Shown: positions 52,965-64,000 of the stretch, in pieces
Position numbering within the stretch: the stretch's first letter is position 1
How the letters are laid out: every line of letters starts with the position of its first letter
Source of the DNA: Kondoa subrosea
Lineage: Eukaryota
DNA length: 64,000 nucleotides
Assembly (NCBI GenBank): GCA_039545335.1
Contig: BCIN01000003.1
Location: 744,001 to 808,000 of the forward strand
Reading direction: 5' to 3'
The notes under the pieces: model-generated
What the model was told of the DNA's origin: nothing
Seen by the model: the letters and a program-made list of their open reading frames with translations, nothing else
Databases searched by the model: none
Program-made: the position numbers and the translations under genes

Positions 52965-55890
52965 TCACCGCCTTCGGAACTATTGAAAAGATTAGTTGAA
53001 GCCTAATGCACCAAACACAAGCTTACAGTCTTGTTGAGGAGAGCCATCTAGCTAAAGTATAAGCGAGATCATTTTTACTGAGAACAGGACATACCAATTT
53101 TGAAACACTCAGAGTGACATACTCCAGATCCAGTACTGCAATGTTTTCTTGCTGTTTCTCCAGTAGATCATCGAGCTTGAGGTCCCTGTAGAGATGGATC
53201 TATTGTAAGGACAGCTAATGACCTTAGACATGGTTGCACCTACATTTCCAGAATGGCCTTTTCCCGCCCTTTGTAATGTAACGCAATCACAAATGCACCT
53301 GGAGTAGCACTTGTAATCGAGAAGAAGATGTTTGCACGCCTGTTCAATTGATCAGCGATACCTCAAGGCAAAACGAAAGCAACTTACCTATTCTCCGGGA
53401 CAGTGGTATCGACAATCACACCATCTTTCTCGAAAAGAGCATGCGTAAATTTGTGAGGACCAAGTACTTGGTTCTTCTGCACTTTCTTTTCTTTCCCATC
53501 AACTGTAACTACTCCAACTCCTCCAGTCTTGCCTTTTTGCCCGCCAGAAGTAGTTCGAACATTTTGCAGGTAAGTCTTGTATTGCTCCAACTGAGATCGA
53601 AGGTAAGAATTATGATCGCAGATCGTCTTGTACACAGCGTCCAGACTTCTGGTTTCAAGAACGACTTTTTCTTTCAGATTACCCAAATGAGTTAACTCGT
53701 CCGTTACTTCGTCCGTCAAGATCTTGTAACCATCTTTTCTTTCTACCAGGTTGATTTCTTCTAGTTCTCTTAACATTTCTTTGACTTTGATTCCTTTTCG
53801 AACTAGAGTGGCATCTTTGGCTGTGGCAGCTCTTTCAGCTATGGCAGGTAAATTAACAGGTCTTCGATCTGAGATTTGTGGAATAGAACGAATGAGTTGA
53901 ACAAAGATGGATTTAGCTTCCATGTAGAGAATATCGTTGGAAGTGAGATTGTTTTCTGCCATCAAAGCTGTTGTAATGTCTTGAATAGGCATTTCCCATC
54001 GACTGTATAAAGGCAATTCGATCGTTCGGTTTTCTTTACGAGGCACTTGAGCTGGAGGTGTCCCTAATTCATTGAGTATGATTCGAAGATGTTGTTTATC
54101 GCTCTTTGCCTGTTCTGGTATAAGCTACAGTCAAGCTAAAAGTAATCTGACTTACTAAGGTATCGAGATGCTGCACCAAGAGCGATTGGGTGTTGTAGAT
54201 TTCGTTGAGCGTAATATTGATCTGAAGATCCTTCTTCGACAAGGCCATATATTGATCCATTTCTAGTGTGTCATAGAAATCGCCAACATCGCACAGCTGA
54301 TTCAGGAATTGATTGATACGAGTCTTGTTGTTGTCAACAAAGGGATTAAGAGCCATCATGTACTGTTCTTTCGCATAAGAAGGCTTGTTGGCTAAATTCT
54401 GTAGCATTTTCGCTATGAGTGTTAGAGTTCGACGTGGATGTTTGGCTGAAGGTGGAAGACTGTTGATGAGCATGTAGGCTTGCGGTGTAACAATCGCAGG
54501 GTTGATGAAGCGGAGGAAGAAGAATCCGCCAATAAGGGAACAAATCGCATAGTCAGTCGCGTCAGGATATTTGCGCTGTGAGTGGGGCCAGTAGCTGTCA
54601 GCAACAGTATACAAGCAGCCCTCATCACTCACCCTTGTAAGACTCCTGATCTGCTTGCATATCCACCTAATTCCGTATGGTACAGCATCGAGAGAATCAA
54701 TAATTGTGACCAGGAAACCGTTTGCGATCTCCATGAGCATTGCCAATCTTGGAGCAATCAAGTTCTGAACATCTGGATGCGCAGCTGCTACTTCTGGCGA
54801 AACGCTTCGAGGCATATCATCTGGAATACTGCCAGTTTCCTCTTCAATTTCGGTCACTCTCGCATCGTATACCTGTAAGGCCAAGATGGCATTATATGAG
54901 GGATTGCAGCCACATACAATGACTCGTTCCTACCTTCAAGGGATTGATCTCTAGATTTAGATCTTTATGTTCAATCAGTGAGTTGATTCGTTCTGCCAAA
55001 ACACCTTTGAGATAACTATGGCCTGGTCCTCTTCGCACATAAGAAGTCATCATTCTTGATAGAGGCGTATTTGCTCGCAAAAGGGAGCCAAATTCTGTCG
55101 CACTTTCGAATTGTACTGTAAGAACCGACTACAAGGAAGTAAGCCTTTGCTTCTTTTTGAGCCACTAGAAAGCCGACTCACTTGAAACATGGTCAGAAGA
55201 AGATGCTCTTCTCTACTTTCGTATTGATTTCCATAGAGCGAGAACATGACTGTCTGCAACAGTGTATCGATTTCCGTCAGACTGACTAATCGACATAGTG
55301 AAGCGATATGTCTGGGTTCAGATTGAAGTAAGAAGAAGAGGTTGGCGTATTGCTGCATCCGCCTGTCATCTAGCTTGTCTCCCGTTGTCTCGTCGATTTC
55401 CTCCATGTGTTCTTTCATCTCTTCTCGTTCGTCTAGAGCCATCCTCTGTGCAATGCCAGCTGGTCTTTTAGCTACGATCTAGCTGCGAGATGACTCGCAC
55501 GCACGTTCTGAATCAAGAGAGCAATTCGACTATCCAAATATCGCACATCGCGTTCAAGCACGAAATTCTTCTTTGATTGAGATGAAATCTTGGTCTTGAG
55601 GTCTCTTAACCGTTTCTGACCTATTTGCCCGTCCTCTAACATCAGCATCCGATTGTTATAGCGACGAGATTATTAGGGCACGAACATCGCGCTAACTCAT
55701 CCTCTATTTCTGTATCTTGTTCCGCAGCCATAGAATACAAAGCAGTAACGCTGTACCGTTGAGTTGAGCGTCCATTTGATCCAAAAGAAGCCATTGAACC
55801 TCGTTTCGAAGCTTTCGCACTTGCACTCGAATTGAGACTAAGAGAAGAGGAGTTGTTGCGAAGCAAGTCTGGTGGATTGAGTGTAGACAT
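52965..55890 (-). CDS. Ras GTPase-activating protein (Sar1/Gap1-like, RasGAP plus RasGAP_C)
   Basis: [44 protein letters not shown] and [11 protein letters not shown]. Confidence 0.93.
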
Positions 55891-56212
55891 TGATGAAATA
55901 GTGGAGCACGCTAGGCAAGGCTAGGCAAAGCGAGAACAAAACACGGCTCGTGCTTGAATTGCGCGCTGATCACTTGATAAATCTGAGGAGAGCTCAAACT
56001 GGTATATGGGCTGGTACTTGCTGATGTGCGTGATATCTCTATTGCCTTGTAGACCAGCTGGCACAAAGGGTATCACAAAAGCTTTCGCCGTATCGGGTCA
56101 ACAAAAAGCGAGTCCAAAACGCGAAGGTCAATCCTCGATGTTACAAGAGTACAAGCACCTAAAGAGTCGGAACATACAAGAGTAGCAAGAAATACACGTC
56201 CAATCCCATTCT

Positions 56213-58589
56213 TCATCGGATAGTCTGACTTTTAGCTGCTTTAGACATGACAGCGAAAGCATTCTTTTTCTTGACTTTCGAAGCAGACGATTTTGACTTT
56301 TTCTGCTTCTTTGTACCTTTCGGATTCAAGCAGTCGTCCAAATGTTGATTGAAGATAGCCAAACTGACTCGATCGAATGATTTCTGGCACGAAGGACATT
56401 CGACATCCGTGACCACGTTCGCACAAGTATGAGGGTTGACAGCCGTCTTCGGTTTCTTATTGAGCGGTAGATTGGTCTTGTCAGTGTGTGATTTGCGTTT
56501 GACAGGTTTGGGATCAGATTCATTGTCGAGGCACTCGATCTCGTTGTCGATTTCATCTTGTGCATCAGCAGGGAAATCAGGTTGCGCCTTCTTCGGTGAG
56601 GGTACACGAGTCCACTGTTTTGTGTTATGGCTGTTAGCCTGAAATCAAAGAGCATTGCATGAACCGACCTTGTCTAGACCTTGTACACCCATTGTAGCTC
56701 GCCTCTCCTTCGCAGCCGCACTCTCGTCTCTCAGGTGCGTAGCTCTCAATCCCATCAGTCTCAACTGTAGTTCCCGGCTGCCTTTCGAGCCAGATACCTT
56801 CTTGCCTGCATCAAAAGCAGCATAGCGATTCTGAATTTCTTTCTCCAGTAGTTGTCGACCTATTCGGTACAGGTCATCTGCTGATGAGATATAGGCGGAA
56901 GAAGAAGCAGTGTAAGCTCGAGTGAAGACTTCATAAGTATCGAGCTTGATTTTGAGCGTGATAGTTCGACCTGAAAATTGAGTTCTTGCTAGATCTTCAG
57001 CTAGACTATCTGCGATCTCGCGAAGCTGTTCCGAAGAAAGGGCGATCAGCTGACTAAGCAGCGAACGACCATCTTTCGCGAACCTTTTCATAATGCTCTT
57101 CTTCTTTCGAAATCGTCCTGAATGTACTTTCCGTACCAACAGATTTCCGATCCTCTCTTTTGCCAGGAGCTACACTTGCGCTACCCATACCCAAATATGC
57201 TCGCACCAAAGACGAAAGACCAACTTCTTTAGCAACTAGATTGAGTTTGCCTCGCTGGGTCCAAATATCTTCTACTTTGAACACGCCTAACGCTTCCAGC
57301 CATCGTTCCGTCACACGACCAATACCTGGTATCTTTCGAACTGGTAAGGGATGCATAAAAGCTTGTAAACCTTCTTTCGTTGGCTCGACAACACATTGTC
57401 CGTTAGGTTTGTTGAAGTCCGCTGCGATCTGCCATACGAAATTATGAATATTATAAGATCAACGCATCACAAGCATACCTTGGCTACCATCTTGTTCGGA
57501 CCGATACCAACTGATATAGTTAAGCCAGTTTCAGCTTTCACAGCAGCTCGCATCTCTTCAGCTACTTCAGCTCCAGTCTTTCCGCTTGTCTTGAGATAAG
57601 CGGTGACATTCATGTACGCCTCACTGTACGCTTTCAATTCATCAGTATCTGATTAGACAGAACCATGACTGGATTACGCACTCTAAAGAAGCAGGAGCCA
57701 TAGTAGGATCATAACGACGCAAGATATCCATAATAAGTTTACTAGCAGCCGAATACTTGCTGAAATCGGGCTTGACAAAGATCAAGTGTGGACAGAGTTT
57801 CTTTGCTACGAATCCTGCCATGCCAGACCGACAGCCAAATTTGCGAGCTTCGTATGAAGCAGTCGTTAGTACTCCGCTGCCAACACCAAATGCCTACAGA
57901 GAACTCAGGCATGGGAACTAGGCGGAATACGCGAGACATACTTTGCCTTTAAGATCAGGATTATCCAATTCCTCAACTGAAGCATAGAATGCATCTGCAT
58001 CGGCAACCATGACTGTTTGATCCAGATGATCATAGCCATCCAATTCTAAAGCAGCTCGCATAACTTGCACATCCTTTTCTTCCGCCGAAAGATCTCCATG
58101 CCGTTCCGCAATCATCGCTTTCAACCTCACGAGCAATTTTTGGACTTGCACTTCAGTCTCCTCTGATTTCTTTTGCTCATTCAGGTAGAAAGCTGAGCCT
58201 TTGGAAGCTTCGACAATCTTGCGAGCGACTTCATCTCGGTCTGCAGCTACTAAACCACTTTTCATGGCAGACTGTCCCATCATACGTCGTGCTAGGTGTG
58301 GGTCTGGAGCTTCTGTAGCTCGTTCCTTCCCCTTTATACTTGGTTGTGCCTTGTTCATGCCAGTGACAGCTTCCACCGCTCGTTCTTTGCCTTTGATTTT
58401 TGTAGGAGACGTAGGACGAGAGACGACTTGAGCGAGCAAAGAAGGTTTGGCAGGAGCAGATTGAGGAGCTGGCGGAACAACATAGCGAAACTTGGATTTC
58501 GTGGTAGACGCGATTTCTAAGTCATCCTTGCTGCCTTCTTTGGCTAGAGGCCGTTTAGATGGGCCTGCTGTGGGTATATGAGCTGTCAT
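56213..58589 (-). CDS. POLK: DNA polymerase kappa (Y family, DinB-like)
   Basis: DADAFYASVE, TTASYEARKFG, SLDEAY, PNKMVAK, IPGIGRVT, RKSVGTEST and a C-terminal UBZ CPSC..HLDDC. Confidence 0.92.
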
Positions 58590-58894
58590 TGCATGCTACA
58601 GGTATCTAGATGATTGTTTTGGTTTAAGCTTGTTTTTCGTAAGACACCGAGACTCCAAGGCTACTCTTTGGAGTCTCTTTGGCAAATTGGCTCCTTGATC
58701 CGCCTGAGCTTGCAGAATTCTGCGCCTTGTCATTGCTTGTCGTCGCATCTGTTGTTCTTCTTCGTGTGAACGTGGAAATTCTTTGTCGGAAGACTGCGCT
58801 GACTTCGAAGTGCTCCCTTCGATTGCAAGTTTGGAGCTCAGCAAGTACAGCACATCTGTTCTCGTAATACTTGGATAATCGAAGTTTATTGAGT

Positions 58895-60495
58895 ATGGCT
58901 TCAAATACTCCGCAAGCCAAACAGCCTGCAGAAGCTGAAAAGGGTTTTATTCTTCTTGAGAAGCTGCCCGGGCAGACGGAAATCAGGAGAGATCCCCAGA
59001 CGGTACACCGTGAAGATACAGCATATGTGCCATGTTTATTCGCTTGGCTTGCACAGATTTCCGCTACATGGATCACAGACCTACTCTGGACTGAGTACAG
59101 CACTTGGAATAAACCTTACTCGTCTTCGATAATGGGTCAGTGGACAGTATGTGCTATTGAAAAGCTCAGATTGAGCGCTGACAGGAACTACGACACGTTA
59201 CAGCAGCTCATTCTTCACTACAACATCAAATGCGCGAATCCGTTCTTCAGCCTTCATATCTGGACGTGTCCATCAAAACTGCTGAGCATTCTGTTGTCCC
59301 TTTGGTTGGTCGCTATGCGATAGAAATTGCTGTAAGTGCGCTCAATTCATGAGATGAATTGATCACATGCGATCCCTAGGTATATCTGGGAGCGACGCTG
59401 CTTCAACTCCGCGAAAAGGAGACCTTTGACATCGGCGGTGGCTTAGAGGTCAAACTCAGGATTCGCCGAGATACTGTTGTGAATGTTCCAGAGGGCGACG
59501 TAGTAGGTCGTGCCCTATATGATCTTCTTACATTACTTATACTTCAGCGACAGCCTTTGACGGTAAATTTCACTATTTCGAAAATTACCGATCAGCAAGT
59601 CATCGAAGCTTCGCGATCCGCTTTTCATCGCCTGGGCATTCTTTTCAACAATCCAAACGTCTCTGATGTCGAATTTGTCTTCCCGCAAAGGGACGGTCAA
59701 AGGAGATCGCTTTTTGCCAGCCGAGATTTGCTCAAAGACAGTTCAAGCTACTTCAAGACCAGTAAGGCTCGGTGCACATTGCACGATTGACGCTCAGGTA
59801 CCCTCTCGCAGTGTTCGAATCCGGTTTTGCTGAAAGTGGTATAAACGCCGATGAGAACAAGCCTCCATCGTATGACGCCAACGCATATGCTCAAGACGAT
59901 TCGGATTTCGAAACACAAGTTGCAACTGATCCAAATGATCCACCGCAGGCCAACAATCCTGATGATCGACCCAACGAAGAAGCAGCCAACCGCAAAGCCC
60001 GAGTATTCATCACAGATTTCACTTATAATACATACTATTCAATGTTACGCTTCATATACTTGGACAGCATTTCTTTTGCACCGCTTCGATCAAAATCCAA
60101 ACTCAAATCCAGCCCATTGCCCACTAGACATCACAACGAAACAGGATTTGAGTGTTTCTTAAGCTCTCCCAAATCTATCTATCGCTTAGCTCATAGTACG
60201 TTTGCCCGCAATCAAATTCAATCATAGTATAGCTGACGCGAGTCCAGAGCTGGAAATGATGCAATTCCAAAAATTGGCAAAGGCAAGTATCATGGGAGAC
60301 ATTGATACTTCGAATGCCCTACTCGAAGCTAGTTCTCCATTTTCTGCCACCTTCGAAGATATACGCCTTGCTCAGGTCAGCTACATCAGATCGAGATGGG
60401 GTGTCGTCAGCGTAGCTCCAGCTACGAAAGCCCTTTGGGAACAAACATCGGACAACAGGCTGTGGTTTGTTATCATGACGTGTCTTCGCAAATGA
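58895..60495 (+). CDS. BTB/POZ-domain protein
   Basis: SDVEFVF..LFASRDLLKDSSSYFKT|VFESGFAE, ITDFTYNTYYSMLRFIY and SPKSIYRLAH; 5' exons uncertain. Confidence 0.75.
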
Positions 60496-60589
60496 AAGTG
60501 GTATGATTACCATATGCATGCATAGAACATTTGAATACACTGCATCTATGATATTTTATACCCTGTGTTCACACGATCTAACGATATAT

Positions 60590-61993
60590 CTACTCTGCTT
60601 CTGCCAATTCTGGATTCCTTTTCAGCACCGATCGGCGCAATTCCCATAGCATACTGAACCTAATGTCAGCCGTGATCAATTCGCCAAAATCCGAAGCTCA
60701 CATGTCGGCCCAAAGTTTTCCTCCAGGCAATTGAGCCGGATGCAATCCATCATCAGCCAAGAACCTTTGTAGACCATCCAACAGCTTCCCGCTCCAATCC
60801 AATCTTAGTCTCCCTGCTAGATTCTGTTGTTTGGCATCTTCCTTGATCGTAGCGCGAGTTTCTGAATTCGCCCACCAGGGTACCCATTCATTCGGTTCCT
60901 TTAGGTCCTCGACCACAGCTTGTCCTACTTCATCAAGCTGGCGTACTACATCTTGAGGTATATTCAGATTGAATTTGTCCCTTGGCAGTTGACCTGTTCG
61001 GAAGAGAATAACCGGCGTGTCTGGTACTAAAGAGCTGACGGCGCGGATTGTATGCGAAAGTTCATCGGCATACCGAAGGATTAGTCGATTGTCGTAGGCA
61101 AAAGAAGTGTTTGCGACATTAACATGTAAGGTTTTGTATTGTATTGTGTGTAGCGCCTGGGCGTCCCAATATGATGCTGAAATCGATACAATATCCAGAG
61201 ATGATCTATTCATACTCTTCTGCAGGGGTTTGAGGATATGCTGAACGCGCAAAGGTGTAGCGTAAGGTGGATAATAATGCATTTCATATTTATATCTGGC
61301 ATATACATCAGAGACGGTTATATACGAGCAGCATGACGTGTCTCACCTCTCTTCATCCCAGTCTGTAGCATCGCCTACCCCATAAGTAAAGAGATTGTAG
61401 ATTGTGAAGTTCCACTTGGGTAGATGACAAACCCAAGGTCGAGCAAGCCAGTCGGACAACGGTTTACTGCCTTCTGCTGGCTTCAAAAACTCGTCTCTTC
61501 CATTCGTAAACGGGGGAGGATTCCAAGGATGGTCTCGATTGATGGATGTCAATTCGCCATTGGTTAGCCAGCAGAAGTGATAGACATGATCTCTATCGAC
61601 TGAGGATCCGACTACGGCAATTGTCCTATTCACAAGCCAAGGTAGATCTTTTTCCGCGACAAGCGATTCGACCAATGTTGATACTGGACACCTTGGATCG
61701 AAGGGCTGCCAGAAATTGTCTTTGCGCTCAAGTTGGTTAACGGAGAGAACGCCTGCTTTGGCAAATGGGTTACAGCTCTCTTCATGCTTCGCCATACTGA
61801 GCTTATTCAGCAAAGCCTGATGGGGCCAACTCCAAAGCGATAATATGGCCAAAAGACAGATAGCAGCCGCTACGATCGATCCATATAACTTGGTCTGTGG
61901 TGACCGTTTACCTTGCGCCCATTGAGGAAGCTTGCTACTGGTGCCCCATTCCGCTAGCTCGTGATCGGCTCCATTGGGCGTATCGCTGCTCAT
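60590..61993 (-). CDS. Cap64/Cas3-like type II membrane protein (SGNH/PC-esterase-like)
   Basis: N-terminal TM, CNPF..G, WQPFDPRC, NRTIAVVGSSVDR..FC, SYWD and DGLHP. Confidence 0.7.
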
Positions 61994-62258
61994 TGTCAAG
62001 GTATAAGATCCAATAGAGCAGCCCGGAGATCAGCTTGTACGGGCATTCAGGCCAATTTCAGGTGAATTGAAGAAACCAGCTTCCTGTCCAGAAGCAGCGA
62101 CAATCCTGCACGGACGGCTGATCTTGTGCAACTCTGTGCTAGATTCTTTTGCGACGAGCGGTGTTCAGGTAGGGCGTGAGGTGGCTGTAGCTGACAGACA
62201 AGCAAAGCAGAAGAATGGCCAAATTTGGAAGAAGTGGATTAGCATGATCCAACTTGTA

Positions 62259-63705
62259 CTACGCTCTTCTACTGCGTCTTATGATTGTCTGCCTACTCCA
62301 TCTTATCTTATCTCTTGTGTCTTCGTCTTTTTGTCGAAATTTCGGACCCATATACAGTAGAGAAAGGCGATATCTCGGAGAACGGCCTACTTCCGCAGTC
62401 TTCCAACAAGGCGAGATCTCTGCTTGACCTGCACGATAACCGTCCAGAAGTCTTGTGACTTCAAACATCATACTTCGGCCGGATTGAATCTCAGTTGCAA
62501 TCTGGGAAATGGAGTACCCGACTTATCAGGCAGTCAATTGTGTTTCTCTTTCAATTTATCGTAGAAATGCTGAAGAAAATATTCAAGCCTTTCTCCTCGC
62601 AATGACATCTAAAGAAATCCCGCTATCACTCAGAAATGACTGAAGCTTGCGAGGAAGAACTGTAGACACGGCAGCTATAGAATGCCCTCGTTCAACATCG
62701 AGCCAGACATGAGATCTGATGTCGGACAAAGCTGAATTGTAGCAAGCCATGACAAACAACTTGAGGTCTTCTTCTACCTGCGTAGCTGCAGTAATTAGGT
62801 TTTGAAGGCCGCTCTTACGTAGAGTACGATAGAAACACATCTGGCCTGTCTAGATGAGGCGTCAGCGTGGTATGATTGCACGATGCGAAAACATACGCTC
62901 ATCATCCAAATATAAGATCCCAGGCATCTTAAATCTGCCTCGAATTCACCCTGACTCAAGGTTGGTGCTTGCCCAAAATCAGACAAGCGGACAGAAAAAT
63001 CATTCATGATGAGAAGATTGCCCAAATTGATATCGCCATGCATCACATCCTGCTCTGCGAGATATTCGATAGCTGAGAGACAGCTTCGCGCTATATGCTT
63101 GACCAAATTAATATCGAAAGAGCTAATGGTAGATAAGTCCTGCTGTTAGGCTGAGCTTGATGCTTACAATTCGGCGCGCGAAGGACAGTGTATTTTCAAT
63201 TGAGCTTGCTCTTCAGTTTCATACGGTTCCGCAATTTCAATCCATTTGAGCTGTATGAAGATATTAGATGCGTTCTTCAGCAAGCTGACAACTCACATCG
63301 CTCGACGGATAATCTGCTGACCAGATATGATACAGTTGCTGAACACTCAGACAGGCTGGCTCCAATACCAGCACATCTTCCAGATCGGGCAGGATCTCAA
63401 GAAAAGCACGGATGATGAATGGGTGTTGCAGTCTGCCTAGATGATACCGTTCATTTTTCAGGCAAGCCAAGTTCCGATCTTGAGAGAAGAGCTTCATTTC
63501 ATAGCCTCTTACATAGAGAATAAGCTCCAGCATCAGCAAAGGGTAGTCGGACGAACCGATTATTTCTGTTCCGCAGTGCAAATTTGACAGCATAGACCTT
63601 GCTATGATCATTGACATCTTTGGCTGAGTACACATCCGCCGCCGCTCCTTCTCCGATGATCTTCAGCAACTCGATGTTCCTGTTTTTGTTCGTCGTTAAG
63701 TTCAT
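62259..63705 (-). CDS. Divergent protein kinase (ends approximate)
   Basis: IGEGAAADVY, YAVK, NER, HPFII, HGDINLGNLL and LSDFG. Confidence 0.72.
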
Positions 63706-64000
63706 GATTCGCACAGTCAGCAAATAGAGCTTACTCGATAACGCAAGGAATTTCATCGATCCTATCTGTTCCTATCTTCTCTTCACATTCCACTATCGGA
63801 TCGGCATCGTTCGCTTGCATTAGTAAAAAGGAAGAGCAGGGTACGAGCAAGAATTAGATAAAGCGAGTGAGTAAGCTGACAAATTGCATAGCCAATTCGC
63901 TTATGTCTTCCCGGCAGCGAATCAAATCGTAAGCTTCTTACATAGCCCAAAACATAACTGAAAGACAAGAGGGACATTCTGTCGCACAGCCGGGGGCCAA

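Overview
Gene-dense, intron-rich fungal nuclear DNA. Introns are mostly ~45-65 nt with GTRAGT/GTCAGC donors and CTRAY/CTCAT branch sites. The gene content looks basidiomycete, possibly Pucciniomycotina (inference). About 31 protein-coding genes can be assembled by hand; exon boundaries are manual and approximate where stated. They include Pex11-like, Tctex-1, HAD hydrolase, carboxylesterase, GST, three mitoribosomal proteins, an old yellow enzyme, two MYND proteins, an MFS transporter, an arabinokinase-N-like glycosyltransferase, Vps39, HIT, TPP2, SPF30, Ssu72, Asa1, a GPI aspartic protease, RasGAP, Pol kappa, a BTB protein, a Cap64-like protein and a divergent kinase. The standout locus is an AspRS-DUF2156 fusion (ErdS-type tRNA-dependent sterol aminoacylation enzyme) lying 256 bp downstream of an HSL-type alpha/beta hydrolase, a candidate ErdH-like partner. 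Structure not explained by the ORF track includes: a probable H/ACA snoRNA in the SSU72 5'UTR intron; an oversized structured intron in SPF30; two convergent genes whose stop codons overlap in one CTAG; an apparently obligatory GT-AT intron; 5-11 nt micro-exons; and a possible non-AUG mitochondrial presequence on TPP2. I saw no tRNA, rRNA, transposon or CRISPR array.
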